Shown piece after piece: positions 37,876 through 47,536 of a stretch of DNA of 64,000 nucleotides (the stretch's first letter is position 1; each line of letters starts with the position of its first letter). The DNA lies in assembly GCA_963674945.2 (NCBI GenBank), contig CAXXWQ010000004.1, positions 224,001-288,000 of the forward strand. Reading direction: 5' to 3'. A program made the position numbers and the translations under genes. A model generated the notes under the pieces. That model saw nothing but the letters and a program-made list of their open reading frames with translations, ran no database searches and had not been told where the DNA came from. The stretch comes from an uncultured Desulfosarcina sp. Lineage in GTDB: Bacteria; Desulfobacterota; Desulfobacteria; Desulfobacterales; Desulfosarcinaceae.

Positions 37876-37937
37876 ACGGATCAACATCTTAATGCTTGTT
37901 TCACACGGCGGTCCCTCGAACGAAGATTGGAGACGAT

Positions 37938-39137
37938 ATGCTCACTGAACTGCAACTCGAACGCTATGCCGATGTTTTGTTGTGGGGCCTGCGTACGGCC
38001 AGGCACAAACCGTTCAAATCCGGTGACGTGATCCTTATTCGATTTGGCCTGGATGCGATTCGCCTCGTGGAAATCATCGAAGAACGATTGCTGCAAATGG
38101 GCATGAACCCGGTACTTCGAATGAATCCGACGCCGACGATGGAGAAAACATTCTTCGATATGGCCAACCGTCGGCAGCTTGTCTTCGACGCCCCCGGTGA
38201 AGAAGAACTCTATCGAAGTCTGAATGGCTCCATCTTCTTGCATGCCCCCGCATCCATTACCCATCTGAGCAACATCGATCCGAAAAAGATCAGCCGATTT
38301 ACCCTTTCCAAAAAACGATTGCGGGACATATTGGAAGAGCGTGAGCGAAAAGGCCTCTTCGGATGGACCCTGTGTATGTTTCCCACCAGTGCACTGGCCC
38401 GCCATGCCGGCCTTTGCGAAACGGACTATGCGAAACAGATCGTCCGGGCCTGTTTTTTGGGTCGCCGCGATCCCGTGGGGCAATGGAAGAGCGTGTTTAC
38501 AGCGGCCGGCGAAATCAAAAAATGGTTAAACGGCATGTCGGTGAAGCACTATCACGTCGAGTCCGCCAACATCGATCTTACCATCACGCCGGGAAACCAT
38601 CGACAATGGATCGGCATTTCGGGCCACAATATTCCCAGCTTCGAGCTTTTTCTCTCTCCGGACTGGCGGGGAACCAGGGGCGTCTATTTCGCCAACCAAC
38701 CCGCCTATCGAAGCGGAAATCTGGTCGAAGAAGTTCGTCTGACCTTCACGAAAGGGGTTGCCATCGAGGTCTCATCCAAAACAGGGATGAATTTCGTCAA
38801 GAAACAACTCAAGATGGACCCGGGTGCGTCACGTCTCGGCGAATTCTCCCTCACCGACAAACGGTTTTCGAAGATTGATCGATTCATGGCCAATACCCTA
38901 TTCGATGAAAACTTCGGGGGAAAATGGGGGAATTGCCATGTGGCCTTGGGCGCAAGTTATCTGGATACCTACGATGGAGACGTTCAGGCCCTCACCAGGA
39001 AAAAGAAAGCCCAGTTGGGCTTCAACGATTCGGCCCTGCACTGGGACCTGGTAAACACGGAGAAAAAGCGGGTCACGGCGCAACTTGCCGATGGGAATCG
39101 AATCACCATATATGAAAATGGCTGTTTTGCCTATTAA
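37938..39137 (+). CDS. Aminopeptidase, peptidase M29 (AmpS/AmpT) family
   Basis: LERYADVL, NIPSFELF, LGEF, TLFDEN, CHVALGASY, FNDSALHWD. Confidence 0.92.
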   Translation: MLTELQLERYADVLLWGLRTARHKPFKSGDVILIRFGLDAIRLVEIIEERLLQMGMNPVLRMNPTPTMEKTFFDMANRRQLVFDAPGEEELYRSLNGSIFLHAPASITHLSNIDPKKISRFTLSKKRLRDILEERERKGLFGWTLCMFPTSALARHAGLCETDYAKQIVRACFLGRRDPVGQWKSVFTAAGEIKKWLNGMSVKHYHVESANIDLTITPGNHRQWIGISGHNIPSFELFLSPDWRGTRGVYFANQPAYRSGNLVEEVRLTFTKGVAIEVSSKTGMNFVKKQLKMDPGASRLGEFSLTDKRFSKIDRFMANTLFDENFGGKWGNCHVALGASYLDTYDGDVQALTRKKKAQLGFNDSALHWDLVNTEKKRVTAQLADGNRITIYENGCFAY

Positions 39138-39155
39138 CTTGATGAACTCGGGATG

Positions 39156-39281
39156 GACGGCTTCGTAAAAAGCCCGAGATCAAGGATTGCGAGCCCTTAA
39201 GGAATGAGGCGTATGGTTGGATACGTCGCAGTGACGAGGGGTGAAGCATAACGAAGATATCGGGCTTTTTACGAAGCCGTC
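39156..39281. repeat. 126-bp MITE-like element with 22-bp perfect terminal inverted repeats
   Basis: GACGGCTTCGTAAAAAGCCCGA (39156-39177) and TCGGGCTTTTTACGAAGCCGTC (39260-39281); non-coding, between convergent genes. Confidence 0.8.
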
Positions 39282-39774
39282 AGACTTTATACTTTCCGAA
39301 ATCTTCGGGCGAGAGGTTTTCCAAATATTCAGCCCATTTTTTACCCTCTTCACTATCATCGATGACCTGACCCGATTTTCCCACCTGTGACTTTTCCATC
39401 ACCTGATCGTCCACGAAGATGGGCGCCTTGAAACGGAGGGCCAGCGCAATGGCATCGCTGGGACGTGCATCCATGGTGAATGAGTGATCCGGTGATGCGA
39501 AATGGATCTCGGCATAAAATGTGTTGTCCCGTAAGTCACATATATCGATTCGGTTGATGTGCAGATTCAGCATCTGGGTCAGGTTTTTGAATAGATCGTG
39601 GGTCATGGGCCGATCGAATTTTATTTCCTGTAGGGCAGATGCGATGGATGTCGCCTCCAATAGCCCGATCCATATGGGAAGTGTCCGTTCCCCTTCTTCG
39701 GTCTTCAATAAAACGATGGGCGTGTTAGACGCAGGATCCATGGCAAGACCCGCTATGTTTACCTTGTGCAACAC
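39280..39774 (-). CDS. Bifunctional nuclease family protein (DUF151)
   Basis: LPIWIGLLEA, RPMTHDL, TFYA, DARPSDAIALALR. Confidence 0.92.
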   Translation of the reverse strand: MLHKVNIAGLAMDPASNTPIVLLKTEEGERTLPIWIGLLEATSIASALQEIKFDRPMTHDLFKNLTQMLNLHINRIDICDLRDNTFYAEIHFASPDHSFTMDARPSDAIALALRFKAPIFVDDQVMEKSQVGKSGQVIDDSEEGKKWAEYLENLSPEDFGKYKV

Positions 39775-39791
39775 TTGTGGATTCTCCTTTT

Positions 39792-41177
39792 TCAACCGAA
39801 GTGCATCGGTTCGTGATTCAGTCGTCCCCACAATGAGTGGGCGTAAGCTCCTTCTATCATGATGTCCGCAAATCGCCCTGTCAACAATTCTTTGGCGTCC
39901 GTGATTCCTTCGGGAAGATCAAAATGGATGATATGGTTGGAAGAGGAACGTCCGCTCCATCGGCAATTTTTCGAACCGTCACTGGAATCATCCCGGCTTG
40001 GCCCTTCGATGAGGATCTGACGGGTCTGACCAACCATACTGCGATGTTTCTTTTTTGTGATGGATTCCTGCAACATCAATAGGGCATGAAGCCTCTCTTT
40101 TTTTACGGACGCGGCAACTTTACCACCAAAAGATGCGGCCGGCGCATTGGGCCGATCCGAATACATGAAGGCAAACAGCCCATCATATTGAACGGCTTCG
40201 ATTAAATCCAACGTAGCCTTAAATTGTCGGTCCGTCTCCCCGGGAAATCCCACAATAAAATCCGATGTGATGGCGATATCCGGACATGCTTGTTTTAGCC
40301 GTCGGATCTTTTCCAGGTAATCGTCCCTGGTGTATTTTCGATTCATCCGTTTGAGTATCTCGTCGTCACCGGACTGCACCGGAAGATGGAAATGGTGACA
40401 TAGCTTTTCGAGACGGCCGAAGGATTCGATCAGATCGTCGGAAAGGTCCTTGGGGTGGGAAGTCGTGAAGCGGATGCGCCCCAATCCCTCGATGTCGTTC
40501 ACCCGCCGCAATAGCTGGGGAAAGGAACAAAGTCCCTCCTTGTTACCGTAGCTGTTGACGTTTTGTCCCAAAAGGGTGATTTCACGGACGCCCTGATCCA
40601 CCCGCATGCGTATTTCCTGAACAATACGATCCGGATGGCGGCTGGCTTCCCTGCCGCGCACATAGGGAACGACACAATAGGTGCAGTAGTTGTCACACCC
40701 ACGCATGATGGTGACGAATGCCGAGACCTGTCCGCTGCTCAATGGACCTGCCACCGGGGTATCGAACTCCATTTCATCGGACATTCGGACATCGACGATA
40801 CGGCACCTTGTCCGCTCGATACGCCGGACCATCTCCGGCAATCGAAAAATGGCCTGCGTACCAAACACCAGGTCCACGTAAGGCATACGCCGGACGATGG
40901 CATCTCCCTCCTGTTGGGCCACACACCCGCCGACGCCGATGATGAGCGATGGATTGGCTGCCTTGTATTTGGCAAGACGGCCCAAAAAACTGAAGGCTTT
41001 CTGCTCCGCCTTTTCCCGTATGGTACAAGTATTCACAATGACCAAATCCGCAGACTCGATACGGTCGGTTTCACTGTATCCCAAAGAGGCCAGCACACCG
41101 ACGATCTGATTGGCGTCATAGACATTCATCTGACAGCCGATGGTGCTGACATACAAGCGCTTTGACTTTGTTACCAC
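39792..41177 (-). CDS. miaB: tRNA-2-methylthio-N6-dimethylallyladenosine synthase
   Basis: GCQMNVYD, NTCTIREKAEQK, GCVAQ, CDNYCTYC, LLGQNVNSY, RFTTSHP, TRAM tail. Confidence 0.96.
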   Translation of the reverse strand: MVTKSKRLYVSTIGCQMNVYDANQIVGVLASLGYSETDRIESADLVIVNTCTIREKAEQKAFSFLGRLAKYKAANPSLIIGVGGCVAQQEGDAIVRRMPYVDLVFGTQAIFRLPEMVRRIERTRCRIVDVRMSDEMEFDTPVAGPLSSGQVSAFVTIMRGCDNYCTYCVVPYVRGREASRHPDRIVQEIRMRVDQGVREITLLGQNVNSYGNKEGLCSFPQLLRRVNDIEGLGRIRFTTSHPKDLSDDLIESFGRLEKLCHHFHLPVQSGDDEILKRMNRKYTRDDYLEKIRRLKQACPDIAITSDFIVGFPGETDRQFKATLDLIEAVQYDGLFAFMYSDRPNAPAASFGGKVAASVKKERLHALLMLQESITKKKHRSMVGQTRQILIEGPSRDDSSDGSKNCRWSGRSSSNHIIHFDLPEGITDAKELLTGRFADIMIEGAYAHSLWGRLNHEPMHFG

Positions 41178-41431
41178 GCATGGATCCTTTTCTTCATTGT
41201 TTCATCGGACCATATCTCATCTGGCAGCAATGTCAAACCGCATTCGGTGGCCATGTGATGGATAAGGTTGTCGACGATGGTTTCAAAGCCCGGTGGGATG
41301 GTGACCCGCACAATCCCTTTCTTTGCATCCAAGGTGGTAAGGACCGCCGCATTGTCATACCCTTCCAAGATAAATTTAAAATAACTGATCTTTCGACGAT
41401 CCATCCGATAATAGCGATGCGCAGTCTTCAC
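41171..41431 (-). CDS. DUF4911-like small protein
   Basis: 3' part of track ORF 41171..42076 starting at GTG 41431: RRKISYFKFILEGYDNAAVLTTLD; overlaps the miaB start. Confidence 0.7.
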   Translation of the reverse strand: MKTAHRYYRMDRRKISYFKFILEGYDNAAVLTTLDAKKGIVRVTIPPGFETIVDNLIHHMATECGLTLLPDEIWSDETMKKRIHAW

Positions 41432-41494
41432 ATTCAACCTATTCTTTATCCTTTGCACTTGTTCCCGTCGAGATATTACGTTATGCCCCAATTC

Positions 41495-43213
41495 ATGAAA
41501 AGACAATGGCAGATGCTTCATCCGGATCCGAAAATTGTTCATGACCTGACTAGACATACCGGAGGGGATTCCCTGATGGCAAGACTTCTGGCCATACGCG
41601 GTTTGGATTCCGGATCCAAGGCAAATCAGTTTTTGCATCCCTCCTTTCGGTCTTTGACGCCGCCCGTGAAATTGGCTGGTATGGAAATCGCCGTCCAGCG
41701 AATCCATAAGGCGCTTCGAGACGAAGAAAATATACTTGTCTTCGGTGATTACGATGTGGACGGCATCACGGCCACTGCACTCCTGGTCAGTTTTTTGCGT
41801 CGATGCGGTGCTAACGTCGTGTATCATATTCCCCACCGGATTTCCCAGGGCTATGGAATGGGCGTTGAATTCATTGAAAGGAAAATCCTCACCGCCGGCA
41901 TCGACCTGATCGTCACCGTGGATTGCGGATCCGGAAACGATGAAGCCATCACCCGCGCCCGAAAGAGCGGCATCGATACCATCGTCACCGACCATCATCC
42001 GGTGACACACCCCCCCGAAGACGCCGTCGCCGTAGTCAATCCCACCCAACCGGCCTGTGTCGGCCTGCTGGATCATCTCGCGGGCGTTGGGGTGGCCTTC
42101 TATCTCGTCATCGCTCTTCGGACCCGATTGCGGAAGGCGGGATTTTTCAATGATCGCCGGGAACCGAACCTGAAACGGTTCTGTGACCTGGTGGCATTGG
42201 GCACCATTGCAGACGTGTCACCGCTCGTTATGGAAAACCGTATCCTGACGGCGGCCGGCCTCGATCAGATCAACGGGAATTCCCGGCCCGGTATCGCAGC
42301 ATTGTTGGATCGAATTGGTGCGTCTGACAAACCCGTTGACGCGGAGACCATTGCCTTCGCACTGGCGCCCCACCTTAATGCGGCGGGGCGAATGGCGCAC
42401 GCGAAGATGGCTTGTGAACTTCTTCTCTGTCAGAATAAAAACCGCAGCCAGGGGTTGGCCGGCGCCCTCTGCCGCCTCAATCGACGCCGGCAGATCATGG
42501 AAAACGAGCTTTTGGCCGCCATATCAAAAAAATGGCTCGACGCTGGGGACCTTGCCGGTCGATCGGCGATCGTCGTGGCGGGGGACCGCTGGCACGAGGG
42601 CATCCTGGGCATCGTCGCCGCCCGACTCACCCGGATGATGCATTGTCCATCGGTGGTGATTTCGACACGCAACGGAATGGGAAAAGGATCGGGACGCAGC
42701 GTCGAAGGGATCGACCTCTCCATGGCCCTCGCCAAATGTGCAGATCTGTTGACGGGTTTCGGTGGCCATCCTTTGGCCGCGGGTCTTTCATTGCCCTCTT
42801 CCAATATCACCACCTTTACAAGGCGAATGGAGCGGATCGTGGATGAAATGACATCGGGGCGAGCCATACGGCCGACGCTACCCATCGATGCGAAATTGCC
42901 TATCGATGCCATTACGCCAAGCCTTACGGACAATATCGCACGGCTGGGCCCCTTCGGACCGAAAAATCCCCACCCGCTGTTTTTGGACGATTCAGTACGG
43001 GTGCACACCAGCCAGACCATCGGCAGTTGCCATCGACGTATGGTGTTAATAAAAGGGAGCGGTCACAAAATGCCGGCAATTCAGTTCAATGTTACCGACG
43101 ATCAATTGGACACAAATCGAATTTCGAAGGTCGTCTACCGCCCCCAGTGGAATTACTGGAAGGGAAACAAGCGGCTTCAATTGGTGATCGAAGATACCGC
43201 ATCGGCATTGTGA
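41495..43213 (+). CDS. recJ: Single-stranded-DNA-specific exonuclease RecJ
   Basis: GDYDVDG, TVDCG, TDHH, GTIADV, LNAAGR, GSGRS, GGHPLAAG, PFG..NP. Confidence 0.96.
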   Translation: MKRQWQMLHPDPKIVHDLTRHTGGDSLMARLLAIRGLDSGSKANQFLHPSFRSLTPPVKLAGMEIAVQRIHKALRDEENILVFGDYDVDGITATALLVSFLRRCGANVVYHIPHRISQGYGMGVEFIERKILTAGIDLIVTVDCGSGNDEAITRARKSGIDTIVTDHHPVTHPPEDAVAVVNPTQPACVGLLDHLAGVGVAFYLVIALRTRLRKAGFFNDRREPNLKRFCDLVALGTIADVSPLVMENRILTAAGLDQINGNSRPGIAALLDRIGASDKPVDAETIAFALAPHLNAAGRMAHAKMACELLLCQNKNRSQGLAGALCRLNRRRQIMENELLAAISKKWLDAGDLAGRSAIVVAGDRWHEGILGIVAARLTRMMHCPSVVISTRNGMGKGSGRSVEGIDLSMALAKCADLLTGFGGHPLAAGLSLPSSNITTFTRRMERIVDEMTSGRAIRPTLPIDAKLPIDAITPSLTDNIARLGPFGPKNPHPLFLDDSVRVHTSQTIGSCHRRMVLIKGSGHKMPAIQFNVTDDQLDTNRISKVVYRPQWNYWKGNKRLQLVIEDTASAL

Positions 43214-43326
43214 TGGTGATGTTCTCTTTTTTTTGTTGCAAATTTCCGCCTATCTTCATTATAAAGAGCCACCAGTAAGGTCCAATGGAAAAGTTGGACC
43301 CATCCATCAACGACAGGTGATCAGCC

Positions 43327-43746
43327 ATGGCAAAAGTCTTCAGGCCCAGTAATCGTGAAACCAGCATTTTGTCTAAAATCGAGTCTTCCAAAGAACATGC
43401 ACGGCGTCTTGCCATCAATACGGTCAGGGAAGATCCGGTCCGGTTTGCCAACCCCATCGCAATGAAACTGGTGGAAGAACACCTTGTGGAGACGACCAAC
43501 AAAAATGCCTTGGAAGAGCAGATCGTAAAATGCTTAGAGACCCTGAGCCACGCAGATGAGTTCGACGTGGACTACCAGATTGCACCGTTTCGAAATCTCG
43601 TTCAACAGCCCAATGTGGTCAGTTTATACGTCACCGCCTTCGTCATCGAAAAACTCATCAACCACAAATCGGTGGTGGACATCTTCGGTTCGGATGCGGA
43701 CATTTACATGTGCATCCATAAGCAGGTCTCAAAGCTTCTTTCCTGA
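43327..43746 (+). CDS. Conserved hypothetical protein (DUF507-like)
   Basis: 139-aa helical ORF after AGGTGA RBS, 8 nt upstream of the next gene; family call tentative. Confidence 0.65.
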   Translation: MAKVFRPSNRETSILSKIESSKEHARRLAINTVREDPVRFANPIAMKLVEEHLVETTNKNALEEQIVKCLETLSHADEFDVDYQIAPFRNLVQQPNVVSLYVTAFVIEKLINHKSVVDIFGSDADIYMCIHKQVSKLLS

Positions 43747-43754
43747 GTCGCCCC

Positions 43755-44795
43755 ATGGGCCCGACGTTCTTACCCAGATTGGTCAACGGCCCCTTTGCGG
43801 ATCCGGCCCTGTTCGTTCCCTTCCGCCACGAAAACCGAGCACTTCTTTTCGACCTGGGCGATATCTGCGCACTGGCCCCCCGGGATATTCTCAAGATCAC
43901 CCACGTCTTCGTCACACACACCCACATGGACCACTTCATCGGTTTCGATCATATGCTTCGAATACTGCTGGGGCGTGACAAGGAACTGCACCTGTTCGGC
44001 CCGCAGGGATTTCTCGACAACCTCTCCAGCAAGCTTTCCGGTTACTGCTGGAATCTGGTAGAAAATTATCAAAACCGGTTCGTGTTGCATGCCACCGAAC
44101 TGCACCCGACCCGCTCTTTGTATTGCCGGTTTCCCTGCCATAAGGGATTTCACGCAGACGGCCCGATCCAAGAGCAACCCTTTGACGGAACTGTCCTGGC
44201 AGAACCGGAAATGACCATCCGCGCGGCTCACCTTGATCACGGCATTCCCGTTTTGGCTTTCTGTCTGTCCGAACGCTTCCACATCCATATCGTGAAGACT
44301 GCGCTGGATCGCCTGCAATTGCCACCGGGTCCCTGGATCAACCGATTCAAATCCCTTCTCTACGCCGATGCCGACCCGGAAACGCCCATCGACGTCCCGA
44401 CCACGGCCGATGAAAACGAACCCATTCGTTATACGGTAGGAAAACTCGAGGAAACCATCACAAGGATATCACCCGGTCAACGTCTGGCCTATATTGCGGA
44501 TGCGGCCGGTACGAAAGAAAATGAAGAAAAAATGATCACCTTGGCAAAAGGGGTGGATCACCTGTTTGTGGAGGCGGCCTTTTCGGAGGAGCACCGGGAT
44601 ATGGCGCTGCAGAAAAATCATCTCACCGCCTGTCAGGCCGGACGGTTGGCCCGAATCTGCGGCGTGAATCAATACACCCTGTTCCACCACTCTCCGCGTT
44701 ACACGGATCACACTGAAATACTGGAGCAGGAAGCAAAGGCGGCGTTCATGGGTGAGCGGGACCAATCGGTGCCGGTGGCTCGAAGATCTCCTTGA
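43755..44795 (+). CDS. Ribonuclease Z-like metallo-beta-lactamase fold protein
   Basis: LLFDLG, HTHMDH, LDHG, AYIAD, VEAAF, HLTA, FHHSPRY. Confidence 0.85.
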   Translation: MGPTFLPRLVNGPFADPALFVPFRHENRALLFDLGDICALAPRDILKITHVFVTHTHMDHFIGFDHMLRILLGRDKELHLFGPQGFLDNLSSKLSGYCWNLVENYQNRFVLHATELHPTRSLYCRFPCHKGFHADGPIQEQPFDGTVLAEPEMTIRAAHLDHGIPVLAFCLSERFHIHIVKTALDRLQLPPGPWINRFKSLLYADADPETPIDVPTTADENEPIRYTVGKLEETITRISPGQRLAYIADAAGTKENEEKMITLAKGVDHLFVEAAFSEEHRDMALQKNHLTACQAGRLARICGVNQYTLFHHSPRYTDHTEILEQEAKAAFMGERDQSVPVARRSP

Positions 44796-44804
44796 CGCGA
44801 TAAA

Positions 44805-44995
44805 TGGTAAAACCGATACGATGGGCCGACGCGCAAACCGCGAGCCACTTGTCGGTGATGGCTTTGTTGGGCGCGATCACTTTTCTCACTGATTCGGCCA
44901 GGACTTCGGCACCACCACCGGGTATGGTACGGATGCCGGCATCCCAGAGCGTTTCAAGCAATTCGGAAACACCGCAGCCCTATTCTTTCGAATCA
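44805..44995 (-). pseudogene. Internal fragment of a CofH/MqnC/MqnE-type radical SAM gene
   Basis: LETLWDAGIRTIPGGGAEVLAESVRKVIAPNK...WLAVCASAHRIG; no CxxxCxxC, in-frame TAG just upstream, only about 60 codons. Confidence 0.7.
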
Positions 44996-45011
44996 ATGCA
45001 TCCGTGATTCA

Positions 45012-45039
45012 TTGACATTTATTACAAATGGGCTATTGT
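45012..45039 (+). promoter_or_regulatory. Sigma70-type promoter candidate for kdsD-pfkA
   Basis: TTGACA-N16-TATTGT. Confidence 0.4.
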
Positions 45040-45122
45040 TGGTCAGTATCGATGACACGAAACCACCCTATTCCAAATGTTAAAAACGATTGCGCGAAAC
45101 TCTTCACCAGAAAGTCATTTCC

Positions 45123-46121
45123 ATGATCTTAGATGAAGCACGGCAGGTTCTTCAAATTGAAGCGGATGGCATTCTACGACTCATCGACCGCCTCGATCAC
45201 CAATTTGAGCAGATGGTACACACCATTTTACACTGCACCGGCCGGGTCATTGTCAGCGGCATTGGAAAATCCGGCGTAATCGGCAAAAAAATCAGCGCGA
45301 CCTTGAACAGTACGGGAACGCGCAGCCTGTTTCTTCACCCGGTGGAGGCCATGCACGGCGATCTTGGAATGGTCAGTTCCGATGATGTATTCCTTGCCAT
45401 GTCTTACAGTGGTGAAACCGGGGAAGTGAACATTTTGATACCCAGCATACGGCGCATCGGTTGCACCGTTATCGCCATGACCGGCAACCTGCGGTCCAAC
45501 CTGGCCAAACACAGCGATATCGTCATCGATGTGAGCGTGGAAAAAGAGGCCTGTCCGTTAGGATTGGCCCCGACGGCCAGTACAACGGCCCTTCTGGCAA
45601 TGGGAGATGCGCTGGCAGTTGTCCTGATCAACAAAAAGCATTTTAAAACAAGTGATTTCAAACGGTTCCACCCTGGCGGCGCTTTGGGGCAGCGTCTTTC
45701 CAGCCAGGTAAAAGACATCATGTTCACCAAGGATGCCGTTCCCGCCGTCTTCGACGCCACTGCCATGGAACAAGCCGTGGCAGAGATGGACCGCCATGGC
45801 TTGGGGGCACTGATCATCATGGATGATGATCGCCGGCTTGCCGGTATTCTTACGGACGGGGATATTCGGCGAATGATTGCCAGAAAGGTACCGATCTTTT
45901 CACAAACCCTTACCGATGTAATGACACACGATCCATTGCACAGCTTTCCCCATACGCCCGCCTATGATGCACTCAATATTATGGAACGGCATGAAATCAC
46001 CGTCTTGCCCATTATCGACGAGGACCGTCACGTACTTGGAATCTTGCACCTGCACGACATCCTCGGTAAAGGTGAATTCACCTTCAATGGTTCGACGATC
46101 GAAAATGAGAGTGCCCTTTAG
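45123..46121 (+). CDS. kdsD: Arabinose-5-phosphate isomerase (KpsF/GutQ family, SIS + CBS)
   Basis: GIGKSG, STGT, HGDLG, SYSGET, EACPLGLAPTAST, FHPGGALG, TDGDIRR. Confidence 0.93.
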   Translation: MILDEARQVLQIEADGILRLIDRLDHQFEQMVHTILHCTGRVIVSGIGKSGVIGKKISATLNSTGTRSLFLHPVEAMHGDLGMVSSDDVFLAMSYSGETGEVNILIPSIRRIGCTVIAMTGNLRSNLAKHSDIVIDVSVEKEACPLGLAPTASTTALLAMGDALAVVLINKKHFKTSDFKRFHPGGALGQRLSSQVKDIMFTKDAVPAVFDATAMEQAVAEMDRHGLGALIIMDDDRRLAGILTDGDIRRMIARKVPIFSQTLTDVMTHDPLHSFPHTPAYDALNIMERHEITVLPIIDEDRHVLGILHLHDILGKGEFTFNGSTIENESAL

Positions 46122-46145
46122 CCTTTTCGATGACAAGGAGCAATT

Positions 46146-47480
46146 ATGCGCCAGGAGGCCATAGAGACCGAGATTCAAACGTTGGGAGAGGCAAAAATCA
46201 TATCCCCTATGGTGAACGGCGAGCATGGTGAACGTTCCCACCTATTCGTATCCGATGAAATTCGGGTGTTGATCAACATCAATCGATCGATCATCGAAGA
46301 TTACATCGCCAAAGGGATCTCACCACCGGCTTTCGAGGTCGCCGGTCCCAGAAAAAAGGTCTATTTCGACCCGTCCAAACTCAGATGTGCCATCGCAACA
46401 TGTGGTGGTCTTTGTCCGGGGTTGAATGATATTGTGCGCGCAATCGTGCTCGAATTACACTACCGGTACAGAGTGAAAATCATCTACGGGATCCGTCACG
46501 GATTGGAGGGTTTTATTCCCGAATACAATCACGATTTTCTGGATCTAACTCCGGCAATGGTATCCAACATCATGGACATGGGCGGCTCTATCCTCGGGTC
46601 ATCCCGTGGTGCGCAGGATATCGAACGCGTGGTGGATTGCCTGGAGGTGAACAACATCGGTATTTTATTCATGGTTGGTGGTGACGGGACACTCATGGCC
46701 GCTTCCAAGATCGCCGACACCATCAACGAACGGAACCTGAAGATAAGCGTGGTCGGCATTCCGAAAACCATAGACAACGATATTCACCTGGTTTCGCGAT
46801 CTTTCGGTTTCGATACCGCTGTTGATGTTGCCCGCATGGCCATCCAGAGCGCCCACAACGAAGCCACCTCATACCCCAACGGCGTCGGTCTTATCAAACT
46901 CATGGGTCGTCACTCCGGCTTTATCGCTGCTACCGCGGCACTGGCACAGCAGGATGCCAATTTTGTATTGATTCCCGAGGTCGATTTCGACCTGGACGGT
47001 GAAAATGGACTTCTCGCCGCATTAGAAAGTCGCTTGGCCAAACGGGGTCACGCCGTTGTCGTGGTCGCCGAAGGGGCCGGTCAGAAATTTTTTGAAAATG
47101 GTGATGAACATCGGGACGCATCGGGAAATATCCGGCTTAAGGACATCGGCACATTCTTACGGGACCAGATCAAAGATCATTTTGCCAGTAAAAAAATTCC
47201 ATTGAACATCAAATACATCGACCCGAGCTACATGATTCGCAGCCTTCCGGCCAATGCCAATGACAGCGTCTTTTGTGGCTTTTTAGGAAGAGATGCCGTA
47301 CATGCCGGGATGGCAGGAAAAACACGCCTGCTGATTGGTCACTGGAATAACCACTTCGTCCATCTGCCCATGCGTGCAACCGCAGGGAAAAGAAAGCATG
47401 TCAATCCCAATGGAAAGCTATGGACGACCGTTCTCGAATCTACCGGTCAACCCGATTTGAAAAATGGATCATCAAACTGA
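46146..47480 (+). CDS. pfkA: 6-phosphofructokinase, probably ATP-dependent (PfkA superfamily)
   Basis: TCGGLCPGLN, GSSRG, GGDGT, PKTIDND, MGRHSGFIA, YIDPSYMIRS. Confidence 0.92.
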   Translation: MRQEAIETEIQTLGEAKIISPMVNGEHGERSHLFVSDEIRVLININRSIIEDYIAKGISPPAFEVAGPRKKVYFDPSKLRCAIATCGGLCPGLNDIVRAIVLELHYRYRVKIIYGIRHGLEGFIPEYNHDFLDLTPAMVSNIMDMGGSILGSSRGAQDIERVVDCLEVNNIGILFMVGGDGTLMAASKIADTINERNLKISVVGIPKTIDNDIHLVSRSFGFDTAVDVARMAIQSAHNEATSYPNGVGLIKLMGRHSGFIAATAALAQQDANFVLIPEVDFDLDGENGLLAALESRLAKRGHAVVVVAEGAGQKFFENGDEHRDASGNIRLKDIGTFLRDQIKDHFASKKIPLNIKYIDPSYMIRSLPANANDSVFCGFLGRDAVHAGMAGKTRLLIGHWNNHFVHLPMRATAGKRKHVNPNGKLWTTVLESTGQPDLKNGSSN

Positions 47481-47498
47481 TGATGAACTCGTTCATCA
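47481..47498. repeat. Short palindrome TGATGAAC-TC-GTTCATCA, probable collapsed repeat element
   Basis: Starts immediately after the pfkA stop; shares TGATGAACTCG with 39140-39150. Confidence 0.45.
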
Positions 47499-47536
47499 AT
47501 ACAAATTCAAAGAAACTTTTAACGGCAAAGATCCAT

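Noticed and set aside
41432..42076. N-terminal part of the 301-aa minus-strand ORF
   Set aside because: Antisense to recJ; only the last 86 codons look like a real gene.
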